Program-made: the position numbers and the translations under genes
In this document: one piece after another, positions 1 to 13,883 of the stretch
How the letters are laid out: each line of letters opens with the position of its first letter
How positions within the stretch are numbered: position 1 is the first letter of the stretch
Notes under the pieces: generated by a model
Databases searched by the model: none
Seen by the model: the letters and a program-made list of their open reading frames with translations, nothing else
Told to the model about the DNA's origin: nothing
Assembly (NCBI GenBank): GCA_951406725.2
Contig: OX597820.1
Coordinates: 5,704,001 to 5,768,000 of the forward strand
DNA: 64,000 bases
Source: Octopus vulgaris
Lineage: Eukaryota
Direction of reading: 5' to 3'

Positions 1-13
1 ACTATTTAGTAGT

Positions 14-55
14 AGTTGCAGCAGCAGAAGCAGCAGCAGCAGCAGAAGCAGCAGA

Positions 56-128
<73 letters not shown>
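14..128. repeat. Compound (CAG)n/(TAG)n microsatellite
   Basis: Directly visible tandem repeats. Confidence 0.95.
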
Positions 129-129
<1 letters not shown>

Positions 130-299
130 AATATGTCTTCCTTTTGTCATGCTGGCATCATGCTTTGGCTGCTACTAGGCTCTAGAATTGTTGCCTGGAT
201 TTCTGCCGCAGTTGTGCTGATTACCATGTCATGTAGAAGTATTTTAGTGGACAAGTATTTTTGATTAGACAATAGTCCGGAAATATTATCCAAGCCTAT

Positions 300-950
300 C
301 ACATTCATTAGAGCTGAAAGCCATGATGAATGCGACCCCAAGTTCAGGTTGATATAAACTAGCCAATTCAGAAATAAAGATAGGTTGTGAAGACATATTT
401 AGATAGATTAGCGACAGTATGAGGAAAACAACGAACGAAATTCAGTGACCTAAGAGCAGTGAAATTAGAGTTTGGTTTAACGCGATCGCTTACAACGAAA
501 GATTTAATCAGTTTCCTATAATAGATTTTTATCTTTTGATTCCCAAACACGTATTAGCTACAGCAATACACATTACAATAAATATACTTCACTATAAAAC
601 ATAGTAACGTTCAGGCAATTATGCACGTCGAGAGAGGTCTGCTTTTCGTTCGAAGCGGATCTTGTGATGAGAGCATTGGATCCTTTGACGGTGTGAAGGT
701 GAGTTATCTCGAAGGATTGAATATATTGGCCTTTTGAGGTAGTTTATGTTCGTCGTTGCCTATGGTTTATACCGAGATGATGACTTTGCTATATCAAATG
801 ATGCTACTGGCTATTATTACCTTGACAGATTAAAGAAACACTTTTTACGTGCAGTCAAATCTTCTGGATTTAAGACCAGCATAGAAAACATCATGCATGC
901 AGTGAATTTCCTGGATGTCACCCTCCACATAACAATTATTTCAAGTTATT
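300..950 (+). pseudogene. Decayed Penelope-like reverse transcriptase fragment
   Basis: Broken-frame translation gives PKFRLI, IQ*..SEIRVWFNAI, FNQFPIIDFY, IMHVERGLLF, GSFDG..VSYLEGLNIL, YGLYRDD and VNFLDVTL, in the order of PLE RT motifs (FDIVDFYPSI / MGSFDGAE / GLYRDDG / VNFLDVTL). Several stops and frameshifts. Confidence 0.8.
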
Positions 951-1392
951 AAGAAAACATAATTGTTTAACATTTGGTTCAGAATATAAACACAATGTTC
1001 TCTAATCTATCTTCCAGAGAAAATAGAATGGGCTGTCCCTTAGTACAACGGCCCACTGGAAGCGAGTGTCTTCAAATGTCCGACACAACCAGTTGTGGCC
1101 CCACTAAAGACTAAGGATGTCGGAATATCGTCCGGTTCACTGTCTTAACTAATGCAATCTTCTTGTTCACGGTTCGATTCCGTCGCACAGAAATAGGAAC
1201 AAGTACTTATTAGCTACCATGTCTGTCAATAATTGTTGGTGAAGTCGGTTGTGTTTTAAGGCTTGAAAAAAAAAGTGGAATGTCGGGCTTCTAGCAGATA
1301 GAAAATCCAGAAAACGGTCATGGCTGGAATGCTTTCGGTCGTATGTATCCCAAATCAGTGATTTTTGGCAAAACAATGACATGTGAATTTCC

Positions 1393-1393
<1 letters not shown>

Positions 1394-1460
<67 letters not shown>
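1394..1460. repeat. (CT)n microsatellite
   Basis: Directly visible. Confidence 0.95.
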
Positions 1461-1465
<5 letters not shown>

Positions 1466-1689
1466 ATTTATTCAAAGGCAGAATTGCAACACAAGTAAGT
1501 ATTCTGTCAGGACACAGAAACGGGAAGGGCAACGGCAGAGATGAATTTAACATCAGACCCGAAATCTAATACCTGCAGCACCAGTGCAGGCCCCGCTAGA
1601 CTCCTACACCATGGATTGAGTGACAGTGTTATCAAATCGATTCTTCAATTCACAGATTACGTTCACCTTCATCGACCAGTCAAAAGTGC

Positions 1690-1866
1690 AGTTCATTCAA
1701 GAGGTTTCCACGCAGTTTTCGTCTATCCAGTTTAGCCCACAACGACTGAGATGATCCGAGGTTATAATCGTCGATACTTGCCCCAACTACCGCACTGTGG
1801 TATCGAAAGCACAAACGTGAAGATTGCATTGAAACATTGCTGCTAAGCATACAACGAGCGACGCCT
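1690..1866 (-). mobile_element. Degenerate SINE family B copy
   Basis: Diverged similarity to the copies at 12005 and 49388 (cagttttcgtcta..., atacttgcccc..., acgcctgtgc). Confidence 0.5.
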
Positions 1867-2338
1867 GTGCTGCCCTCAAAAGCGAAGTTCTATTTCAGAC
1901 AATGGCGTTCTATTATTGTAGCCATAATGTCATATTATACCTTCCTTCTTATTATTTGTTTCCCCTTCAAATGACAGTTTCTACATAAATCTGCCATTTA
2001 AGATATTTGTTTACGTTAGTCAGCCACAGAAATAGTCTGCTGGAATAAATAAGCGGGAATTAGTGAAGACATTTTTTGGTTCCCTTCACTGATTTCACCA
2101 AACTTTGTTAATCTAAGTGAAAAACCCCGAAAGTTTACCGAAACATTGTTCGGTTTCCTTTATCTTGAGTAAATTTAGCTTAAATTTCGTTCGGAATTCT
2201 GAAAATCATGTCACCATTGACGGCAGAGAAATCTATACAGCTTTTGGAAATTCAATTATATTATATAGTTGTGTAACGATATACGAACACGAAATATCAC
2301 AAACACACACACAAGCACAGAATCACACAAACACGCGA

Positions 2339-2404
<66 letters not shown>

Positions 2405-3047
2405 CGATAGATAGATATGGAGAGAGAAAGAGGAGAGAGCGAGAGAGAGGAAGTGATAGTGTTTGAGAGAGTGTGACATGGCAGACTGCTTTATGTTCTA
2501 TAATTGAAATAATCATAATAGTTGATGTTTATTTAGTGACTTCTGCGCTGTTGATTTTCAGATCCACTGGGGCATTGAGGGAGATGAGGGGCAGTAGGAG
2601 GAAGGAAAATATGCGGACTATAGGGATTTCTTATAATGTTAATGATGGCAGGGTAGTTGTTTGTCACCGAACTGTTCAGAGTGACAGGGTGGGAGAATAA
2701 CGTACCAGGAATGGAGATATACAAAGCTGAAAAGGTATATAAATACATATATATACATACGTATATATCTATATGGATGTGTGTGTGTGTGTGTGGCAGT
2801 GGTGGTGGGGGAGAGGACTGATAAAATGCCTTAGTGATGACGTATGTGAGAAAATGTACTCTATACCAGAAGTGGAGTATACCTAATTTATTCAATCAGT
2901 TAAAGCTATCAGGTCGAAACTCTAAGCTTCTCTGTTCAACAGCTGCACACCTCCTCAGTCAACCATGATGGAACCTATGGCTGAGTAAAGAACCGTATCG
3001 CCAATGCACGGCCTGATAATTTCAGTTCATGTAATGACGTTATATAA

Positions 3048-3106
<59 letters not shown>

Positions 3107-3360
3107 ATTTGATTTAAGCCATTCACTCCCTGTCCTTGACCTGGGTTGTCTTTTATTCTCTCCCAAGTTCTCTTCTTTGAAATTGTCATCGATTCTTCTA
3201 ATTGCTTTACTTTCTCTTGAGGTAGAAATGTCGGCTCTTTATCTCTTTATCTCCGGAAAGACGTACACCATAATGGTCTGACCTCGATCCTTTAGCCTGT
3301 CATACATAGGAGACCCCTGCGAGGAGCTTGTGCGCTATAAGAATAGCTCTCATAGCCAAA

Positions 3361-3416
<56 letters not shown>

Positions 3417-3745
3417 AACAATGATGAGAAATAAGCAAATTTTAGGTCAGTTCAAGTATGCTGGGGATATATTTTAACTTTTAAAGGCCATTTCATAGCA
3501 GTTTACCTCGGAAACATATTTCTTGCTTAAGGTAAACATTGTCAATACACCATTATCAGCTGCTGAGTGGCACTCTTTATTGGACCCCTAGGTGCATTTC
3601 TGGATCCTTTCGTTTCCTTCAGCATGAAATACAAAAGGGAGGTAATTCTGATCTGACCAAAAAAAAAGGGTGTTAATTTAATAATCACTCAGTTAATATA
3701 TGCGACTGATTTGCTTTCTGAAACTCCTTGGCTTAAACAACTGCA

Positions 3746-4918
3746 TCTCTTATTATAAAAGGCAGATTTTATCTGCCTCCCTTTGTCAGTTATAGAAATC
3801 TACAATATAGGATTTCTTCAATTACAATTTACCTAGCATTTTTAAGAGTAGAATGCATCGGGTTTTGCCAGGTCCAGCTTTTAAAATTTAAACTCCAATT
3901 AAGCAAAATTTACAGAAAACTCACATTCTGGTGTGTATGTCAAATGCTTTTCTTAGTCTGGTTTACAGCACACGCAAACGCACACACACAGTGTGCAACG
4001 AATAAAGTGAAACTAGATGTAATATTTGTTTCTGTCTATCACGCTGATAGATACATGAGTAAAATGTATGGCAAGCTAACAGATAAGGGTGAGTGAAAAT
4101 GTTCTTGGAAGAGAGTAAATAGCGACAGAGTGATTTGAGGAAGACTAAACTGAAAGTATGAAACAGTGTTTATGTATAAACAGACGACACTTATATAAAC
4201 CCTTTCGTTACCAAACCGCCCGAATTTACCTATTCATATTTAAATGAGAATATCAGAGTAAATCTCTTTAGTACATTCGTGAAAACACGTATTATACTTC
4301 GTAAACACTTCAAATACAGTTTTGTACAAAAATCGAAGTGTAATTTTAATTCCGTGAATTATGGGAGATTTTTTCCCGAAATTTGTTCCTATTGTGTTTT
4401 CAAAATTTGTAATTCTGACAAAAAATGGATACGAATTTCATTATATCAAGCAGCGAGTCAGAATTCGAAGGATTTTCTACTGAAGACCTTCATAAATCTA
4501 ACTCTATGACTGAAAAAAAAAGCATCTTTATATAAGAGTGAAGTTGTGTGTCTGTCTCCTACGATTTAGATTCGTAACTACTCCCACATTTTGCGGTGCA
4601 GTTTAACCAAAAGCGGGTATCTTATAGTCGTGATTCATATCGAGCCCTTCTGGGTATTAGCGCGCGTCTACGATGAGTCTACGATTTAAAAAAAATTTAC
4701 CATCATATTTTTCCATTTTAATGCATTTTTTCGCTTTTATATAAGGGAAGTAACTCTCTAAAAATATCTACGATGTGTCAACGATTAAAAAAAATATTTA
4801 CCTTAATTTTTTTTCAATTTTTAATGCATTTTTTTGCTATTTTTTGGCTATAACTCTCTAAAAATGCTTATATAGTTATTTCCCTTACAACCCGAGCAAC
4901 GCCGGGCGATACTGCTAG
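3746..4918 (+). mobile_element. Compound non-autonomous Helitron (two 5' ends, one 3' end)
   Basis: A|TCTCTTATTATAAAAG at 3746 and A|TCTTTATATAAGAG at 4525; subterminal hairpin CCCGAGCAACGCCGGG at 4891-4906; terminal CTAG|T at 4915-4918; no TSD. Confidence 0.75.
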
Positions 4919-5006
4919 TAAGTAATAACGTGAAGCAGCGACAGGAAATAAAGAAACTTTAGGAGAGTTCAAATATTGATTTATTTATAAGTGTGTAGCA
5001 TATATT

Positions 5007-5126
5007 AGGCGCAGGCGTGACTGTGTGGTAAGAAATTTGCTTTCCAGCTATATGGTTCCATGTTCAGTCCCATAACGTGGAACCTTTTGAACGGATTTCA
5101 TAGACAGAAACTGAAAGAAGCCCGTA
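5007..5126 (+). mobile_element. SINE family B (tRNA-derived head, CORE-like), internally deleted 5' part
   Basis: aggcgcaggcgtgactgtgtggtaag...ttcagtccc...gaaactgaaagaagcccg, shared with many copies in the window; runs into (TA)n. Confidence 0.8.
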
Positions 5127-5475
5127 ATATATATATATATATATAAATGGTCAAATTTTCCCCAAGAACTTATTTCAATTTGAAAACTCCACCAGAATGG
5201 ACGAAAGCACTAATATATGATATATGATGTATAAAAACATGTAATATACAAATAAATATCTGTAAATATAAAACCATCCGAATTTCTGAGTACCTCATTT
5301 CTTCTAATATAAAATACCTGTACATCATCTCCAAATCTTCTAATATATATATAAAAGGGAAGAAAATGGATATAAGAACAATGGGAAACTCATGGTTTAC
5401 GCTGGCATGTCTTTAATTAAATACGTAACAAGGAAGTAAGAAGCAGAGATGAGGGTGGCATTTACATATATATAT

Positions 5476-6040
<565 letters not shown>

Positions 6041-6524
6041 TGTTTTCAAGAAGATGTTTTCTGAAGCTCTATGGATTTGAAATGCAATGAGAAACCATTA
6101 ACAATGCAAAAGTATCTTTTAATTAACACTAAGTGTCACCCTTTAATTTCTCCATATTTTAATTCACTACATGACAATTTGATTTGATAAAATGAAATTG
6201 ACGACGGTTTGGAAATGAGTTCGAACCCGTATTGGTCCGACTACAACACGTAACAGAAGTAGTAAGGTAATTTAAACCCGTTGATTGAGGGTGATACCTG
6301 ATACCGATAGAGGCTATCGTTGTTAGTGAAATAAAATGTCAGCCTTTTGAAAGGAAAGACAATGTATTTCCGGCAATAATACCTCCTTCTTCTACACACG
6401 TTTCAAATACGCAGTGAACTTATTTTCTGAATATAATACTTCAAACACGTCTTGTTGAACAACAAGGAAATGATTGCATTTTGAGACGCAATCATGGGTT
6501 GCAAAGGAATGAAGAATAATGTTG

Positions 6525-6581
<57 letters not shown>

Positions 6582-6919
6582 AGAGAGAGAAATTTCTAAT
6601 TTTATTGAATGTTACTTCTGAATCAATTAGGCAACATAGGTCATGATAGTAACATTTCTCCCCCAAAACTCTGTGGGTTGATAAAATATAAAATGTCTAT
6701 TTCTCTTTCTTGTCTGAGATGATAACTAATTTTGTCACTCGATCGACCGCAACGCAAATTGGTTTGAAAATTATTTAATTCTTGTCATTGTCTGATTATT
6801 GCCAAACACCGTAAGAACTCCAGCCATAATTAGAAACCTGGCAGTTGGGAATTCCCCACCTGCTTTTGTTTTTCCTTCAGATGTTGACCTTCAAAAATGT
6901 ATGAGAGAAATATTAACAA

Positions 6920-7285
6920 CTAGCACTATGACCCAGCAACGCCGGGTCATAGTGCTAGTGCATGCATATACAGCTGCACATGCGTGCGCACATGCACGCG
7001 AGTACTGTCCAAATCTCCGACCAATCACATACGGCTAGCTGGCATTCAATTGGCGTATCAAGTTTCGGGCATTTTGATTGGGCTTTGGATAGAAAATTCA
7101 CAAAAAAGTCACTTCTGTTGAATTTTTAATGGCTTTGCGGAGTGACTGGGGAAATGCAAGGATGTGCATGACCACCCTTGGACGGTTTTAAATGACCATA
7201 GAAAGTGCGAGCCCTCTAACTGAAAAATTGTGGATTTGTATAAAGGACACACACGCAGATATTTTGCCGTTTATATATAGAGAGA
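6920..7285 (-). mobile_element. Non-autonomous Helitron
   Basis: Minus strand begins A|TCTCTCTATATATAAACGG and ends ...CTAG|T; the hairpin core (CCCAGCAACGCCGGG) resembles that of the 4525-4918 element. Confidence 0.75.
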
Positions 7286-7899
7286 TAACAATCTTCTGGT
7301 TTCGGAGGGTTTCTGACGGCTACGGGCAGTACCTCATCTTTCACACTCAGCAAGAAAAAGAAAAGAGCAGGCGAGACAGGACAGACTTAACAGTGTTGTC
7401 CGTAATAAGGGATAATGAGAGAGTTTAATGACTATTAAGATTTTTAAAAACCCCCAAAAACATGTTGTCAAAAAAAAAAAATGAAAAAAAGCAACTGAAA
7501 TAGGCAAGAGGTATAAATTGAATTTCCAGAGGAGTTGTGCTGACTGCCATATTCGATGGATTCTAAATTTAATATTTCAATTTTTCTATTACGATAGAGA
7601 AAGAAAACAAAAACCTAGCGGTAACTGTTAGCCATTGTGAAAATGACAGGGAAATAATTTTAAGAAATGATGTATATATTTACTTGGGGAATGAAAATAT
7701 TCTAAACTTTGTTTCAGAAATGACGGACGGATATAGACAGATGTTTTGGCCTACATGTAGGCTTATAGGCATACACGGTGTTCTGTCTATAACATCTCTG
7801 GTATAGACACCTCATACCACATGAATTTATTTCTTTATTCAGCTGGTGAAAAATATGATTTTGACTTTTTACTGTTATTGTTGTTGTTTAGGAACAAGT

Positions 7900-8470
7900 C
7901 AGCCGTGATTAAGCAAACTTGTAAGATTGAAAGCATTTCAGCCGTGACAATCACGTCTTATTTTAGACACAGGAAATCTAGAATTATATTATCCAGTTTC
8001 TTCTCAATTTCTGAATTCAATAAAATGTGATATGATAAAGATTTGGTTGCTATATTTAGCATCCCACGTGACTGCTTAAATACGCTTTCGTAGATGTTTT
8101 GAAACGATAGCTGGTCGAGTGAACAAAGTATTAGAGTAGTATCAGAGAGATCGAGGGATCGAATATCGCCTGAAGCATTCTGCTGAGTTCTTGGCAGACC
8201 AACTGCAGTCTCGAAATTTGAGTTCATCTAATTGTAAGGATTTGTCTCAGGATTCTCAAGATGGCCTAATCCAGTATTTTGCACAGGCAGAGGAGGGCTG
8301 AGAGGATTTGAAAGCGGGTAAGGAAATTGCTATGTTTAATAAAACGACGGATTTAAAGCTCTTCAACTTGTCTTCTATTATAACGAAAAACGAAGATTTA
8401 TAGACGCAAAAACTATTTGAGTTTATCATTGTTAAAAAGTGAAGTAGAGAGGCAAAACATTTCAATGATC
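7900..8470 (+). pseudogene. Possible decayed hAT-like transposase fragment
   Basis: Translation ...EFLADQLQSRNLSSSNCKDLSQDSQDGLIQYFAQ...NKTTD loosely matches the hAT region YLS..IQNELI...DETTD. Confidence 0.35.
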
Positions 8471-8493
8471 ATTAGGGAGTAGGAATCCCCAAC

Positions 8494-8710
8494 AGGCAAC
8501 GTGCTGGCAGAATCGGTAGCATGCCGAATGAAATGCTTTGCAGCATTTCGTCCGCCTTTACGTTTTTAGTTCAAATTCCATCGAGGAGGACTTTGTCTTT
8601 TATCCTTTCGGGGTCGATAAATTAAGTACCAGCTGAGAACTGGGTTCAATGTGGTCGACTTAGCCTCTCCCCGAAATTACTGGCCTTGTGCCAAAATTTG
8701 AAACCGATAT
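8494..8710 (+). mobile_element. SINE family A
   Basis: gctggcagaa..g.tagca.gccg..gaaatgc...gttcaaattcc...cctttcggggtcgataaattaagtacc, shared with about 10 copies. Confidence 0.85.
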
Positions 8711-9675
8711 TTTGAATATAAGGCGGGAAGATATAAGTTCCTTTGACCAACACTGAAATAACCAAACGCTGTAAGATCAGTCCCACTATCTGTAGGGTGG
8801 TACAACTGGTGGTAATGGACACCAACTCTGAAGTGATACCATAGAATGTAATAAACACCAGTTATAAGATCAATCCAATGAAATGTTATCTTGTTCCATA
8901 TCCCTAATAAACTCCTGCTCTAAGGTCATTCCAGCAACCAGTAATGCGGTTTTTGGGAGTGGAGTAATTGACTACATCAAGATCTGTCCAGCCATCTATG
9001 AGGCGATACAAGAGAGTGTCATATACACTTGTTTTAGGGCCTGTCCAGCTATGAGCTCTAGTAAACACCGGCTGATAGGTCAGTCCAGCTACCGAGGAAG
9101 TGGTAATACATCGTTTCATAAACACCTAAAGGAGGGTCGATCCAGCTAACAGTAATTTTGTACCGTAGTGTGTAATAATCAACTAATGTAAGCTTGGTCT
9201 ACCTGGCTGCAAAGAGGTACAATACGATGCTGTAATTGACTGCGTTAATCTCAGTTCACCTACCTGTAAGACTGGACTACCAGAACTGAAACCTCAGTTC
9301 TTCTTACTGTTAGGAGGTATCACAATTACTGTGAATTGTGATGGTACTCTAAAGTCAACGAGTAATCTTAAGACACTGAAATTATGCCTCACGAAAAGAT
9401 GCCTCCCTAGAGATAAGGATCAGTAGTAAAGAGGGGTATCAAGAAGTAGGTTGATCTGTAATCAGTGGCATTGTTGACCCTTGGTATTGCAAAATCTCCC
9501 TTTTTATGGAAGAGAGAATCATGAAGGGAAGTTCTTCATGACGTTTGAATATCCTGTTAGTCAAAAGAAATTGATGCGGTAGATGTTCGGTGTGAAGTGG
9601 ATATCTGCAAGAAAAACGTGAAGAAATTGGTGGCACTTCTGGGAAGAAATAATTGGTGATATGGTTTGCACATGT

Positions 9676-9906
9676 AGACGGCGAGCTGGCAGAAACGTTA
9701 GCACGCCGTGCGAAATGCGTAGCCTTATTTTGTCTGCCGTTACGTTCTGAGTTCAAATTCCGCCGAGGTCGACTTTGCCTTTCATCATTTCGGGGTCGAT
9801 AAATTAAGTACTAGTTACGCACTGGGGTTGATGTAATCGACTTAGTCCGTTTGTCTGTCCTTGTTTGTCCCCTCTGTGTTTAGCCCCTTGTGGGTAGTAA
9901 AGAAAT
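9676..9906 (+). mobile_element. SINE family A, full length, with flanking direct repeat
   Basis: Family consensus; ATATGGTTTGCACA repeated at 9659-9672 and 9909-9922 (likely TSD). Confidence 0.92.
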
Positions 9907-10129
9907 ATATATGGTTTGCACAAATCTGGGCTTTGAGAGGAGGAAAAGATAAGAGCAGGCTGTTAGTGTCAAGTTTGAGAGGGTACATGTTAACAACAAA
10001 ATTCAGACAAACAGCAACCGTTGTAACAGTTAAAGACACAGCGACAGAGAAACCAATATTTGAGTCAATGGTTGAATCATGATGAAACATCAGAGATAAT
10101 AAGAGCAAGAATTTCTATATTCTAATTCG

Positions 10130-10615
10130 TTCAATTGTGATAATACACATCAAAGTTATATCGGTATGTCTTCAGAGTTCAAAGTGATTGATTACTTAAG
10201 AAATCAGTTTCGATCGGTTATGTTGCATTGAGGTCAGAGGTCGCTTTACAAACTCCAGTGTTACCTCATTAGTTGTCGAACAATAATGGACAAGGATCGA
10301 TTTCCACGTGAATCGATTTCAAAGAATTGATTAAGATATTTGCTTCGCACTAAGATAAACTTGACGGACAAGGTATTTCCAAAAGAATTCCAGCCAGGCC
10401 TACCCCGTCTTTTCTTCAAAGCTTATCTAGAAATACATTATTCAATGCATCATCCAGTCTCCAAAATAATAACGGTTCTCATTTTTGAGTACTTTGGCTG
10501 CTCTTCCTGCAGGTTTATGTCCCAGAATTTAGTAGGCGATGTAGATTGCCTGTGAGATAGAGGCGGTGAGAGGGGGATGGCCAAGTTAGGTCAATTCAGA
10601 TTTAGTAGCGCTATG
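10130..10615 (+). pseudogene. Possible hAT C-terminal dimerisation-domain remnant
   Basis: VTSLVVEQ / MDKDRF / ELIKIFAS loosely match PVTSASCERSFS..TM.QERL..EEVIDEFA. Confidence 0.3.
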
Positions 10616-11092
10616 AAAATAAAAAAAAACAGAAACAACTTCAATATCCGATATTGTCTGTCTAAAATTGCATCACCCAATGTCACATAATTTCTTGGTA
10701 AGTCTGTGGGTGTGATATAAGAAATCTTGGCTTTCTAGAAATAGCAACTGTGGGGTTTAAAGAAGCAGAAAGAATTCTTGTAGCAGCGACTGAAGGATGA
10801 AAGATAATATTAAAAATGGCAGAGATTTCAATACTCGAGATAAAATACATGGCAACGGGGCCTTAGCTAGCAACAGGAAGTACAGCAACGATTAGAGACC
10901 AGCATGATCTCTCTCACCCACTCTCTCCCCTCCTCTTCGGATGGCTATTCAAAATTTCAACACACATTTATCAAACATATGCGCGTGTATTTCATTACAC
11001 AAACACACACACACACAAATTTGTACATATGCATATATACACAAACTTATTTAAATACAGATATATATATATATTTGTATGTATGTAAATAA

Positions 11093-11165
<73 letters not shown>

Positions 11166-11733
11166 GACGCATACATGAATACATATAATATACATATACA
11201 TGTTCGTGTGTGTGTGTATGGTTGTGTGCTCACAAGTGTGTGTCTATGTACAGCAGAATTTTTGTCTGAGAATCAATACCAAACGGTTACATTCCCACTG
11301 CTATATGGTTACTGACTACAACACTGATGCATGCATACACACACACATACGCATACATGCATATGTAAACACACACTCATATATATATATGCATATAAGA
11401 GTGTTGTGTGTGTGTGTTCGCTGTGTATAGTACTGATCTTTATGTGGGTCAGAAGTTAATGGATATAAAGATTATTCCCCATAATAAATGCGTGATTCTG
11501 TCACAACTTCAAACACATTACATACTTGCGCCCAGATCAGTAGCTACGCACATAAGTGCACACATAGGCATACAGAGACATATACACACATATATATATA
11601 CATACAAGCATATGTACATACATGCAGCCATACAATAGTTCATGGTCTTAAGTTTAAACTTCATTTTGAAAAATTTGCATTTCTGCAAGTTTCATTCATA
11701 AACATGTGTGCGTGTGTGTGTGTGTGCGTGTGT

Positions 11734-11782
<49 letters not shown>

Positions 11783-11950
11783 TTGGTGTGTGAATGTGAA
11801 ACACACAAAGAAAGAGGGTGAGAGAGAAAGATTACGCATGACTATATTTCCATATATAAATAATATATTGTCTTCAATTATATCCATACATACATACATA
11901 TCTGCATAAAGGCAAAAGCAGACAATCAAATATATACACACACACACACA

Positions 11951-11985
<35 letters not shown>

Positions 11986-12004
11986 CCGCACACACACACA
12001 CACA

Positions 12005-12137
12005 GAGTTTCCGTCTACCAAATCCACTCACAAGGCATTGGTCGGCCCGAGACTATAGCAGAAGACTTGCCCAAGGTGACACGCAGTGGGACTGAACCCG
12101 GAAGCACGTGGCTGGTAACCAAACTGCTTACCATACA
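12005..12137 (-). mobile_element. SINE family B, 5' part
   Basis: agtttccgtctaccaaatccactcacaagg...ttgcccaagg...gggactgaacccgg. Confidence 0.85.
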
Positions 12138-12523
12138 GGAAATGTGTCAAGGCCGACAGGAAGCGTCGATGCTTCTTATGGCTAAACAGCGGTGGTGAAA
12201 TTTCCTTACAGGACTGTCACGTTAAGTTGACAGTATACAACCACTCTCTCTATATATATATTTATAAATTAAAAAATTCTATATGTGGTTGAAGATTGGT
12301 CGACATTTTAAAACTGATGTAATACTTACAGTGTTTAATAAAATGAAGTAGCATGAAATAATTGTACTACTCTACTTTGGCTATCCTTGTTGCTTATTTT
12401 GATTATAATCACCCCATTTAATTTTTATGGATAATACCATACCAAATTCTGGTGCCTTTAACTTAAGTACCATATTCATCTAAATTTAAATTTTGCTGAA
12501 CTTATATATATATATATATATAT

Positions 12524-12875
12524 GGAATAGCTGTGTGGTAAGTACTCTGTGTACAAACCACGTTGTTCCGGGTTCAGTCCCACTGCGTGGCATTTTGGGC
12601 AAGTGTCTTCTACTATAGCCTCGGGCCGACTAAAGCCTTGTGAGTGGATACGGTAGACGGAAATTGAAAGAAGCCCCTCGTGTATATGTATATATATATA
12701 TGGTGTGTGTGTATATGTCTGTATGTTTGCGTTTGTCCCCCCACCTACACTTGACGACCGATGTTGGCGCGTTTACGTCCCTGTAACTTAGGGGTTCGGC
12801 AAAAGGGAGCGATAGAATAAGTACTTGGCTTACAAAGAATGGGCGCAGTCAAAATGACTGAAGCAAATTAAAGAT
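12524..12875 (+). mobile_element. SINE family B with internal (TA)n(TG)n tract
   Basis: Head, ttgggcaagtgtctt core, internal microsatellite and tail aaatgactgaagcaaa. Confidence 0.85.
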
Positions 12876-12909
12876 CTCTAAATGAATATATATATATATA
12901 TATATATAT

Positions 12910-13104
12910 CGTGACGCATATTTGCCATTTGAATATGGCTAACCCATAAGGGTGGATGCTACTGTAGTTTGTAGCCCCAGGAAGATATCTCCTCCAGCTG
13001 GCTATAGACGCACTATCTGTGTCCTCTCAGTATTTGTGAAGGGGAGTCATCCTCCCCGTCTTCAACTCATGATACACACGTACCCGAGTTTCAAGGTGTT
13101 TACC

Positions 13105-13110
<6 letters not shown>
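12910..13110. mobile_element. Unclassified hairpin-rich repeat inserted in (TA)n
   Basis: Flanked by (TA)n on both sides; diverged homolog at 52485-52740. Confidence 0.6.
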
Positions 13111-13150
<40 letters not shown>

Positions 13151-13161
<11 letters not shown>

Positions 13162-13380
13162 TTTAGAGATAGTAGGCCCCTTCATCTCACCATATAAAAA
13201 CGAATTTTTATTTTAAATCCCTACTACTTTATAACTTGGTATTTAAAATAAAAATCCTTTTTTATATGGTTAGATGAAGGGGCCTACTATCTCTAAAGGA
13301 ATATATATATTTCTCCATTGAGAATAATTTGAACCCCTGTTATGCCGGAATTTTTATTCCCAAACAAATAAAATTAAATA
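13151..13380. mobile_element. Fold-back PLE-like terminal insertion in (TA)n
   Basis: Inverted arms about 13151-13218 / 13241-13309 with about 4 mismatches, then an unpaired tail of about 70 nt ending in (TA)n. Confidence 0.65.
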
Positions 13381-13397
13381 TATATATATATATATAT

Positions 13398-13521
13398 ATC
13401 ACCACCATGATCACCATGACCGACCAGGCTATCAGATGTTGCTACACATTGCTGGTCACAATGCGCTTCGCATTGTTTTAGCCTTCAAATGACGCCACCC
13501 CACTGGCTAAGCGACCAGGCC
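13398..13521 (-). mobile_element. Probable RTE-type 3' end fragment
   Basis: Short insert with a (TGA/TGG)-type tail on the minus strand, between TA tracts. Confidence 0.4.
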
Positions 13522-13533
13522 ATATATATATAC

Positions 13534-13569
<36 letters not shown>

Positions 13570-13809
13570 ATATATATACACACACACAGACACAGACACA
13601 CATACACACACACACATATATATATAGTAATGAAAGCGTCCTATTAGCCTATTAGTCTGGCCTTCAGCATTCAGGAAGAAGTGTCTTAAAGTGACAAGAA
13701 ATATATTTGGCGATTATTTATAATGGCGACGCTGTACAAGCAAACACTACAGCAAGGAGAGTGCAACGCTTAACATAATTCAACGTCGGCCATACCTACA
13801 TACATATGA

Positions 13810-13883
<74 letters not shown>

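Noticed and set aside
12310-12375. Hammerhead remnant (CTGATGT...GAAATAATTGTA)
   Set aside because: No consistent stem I pairs with the core.
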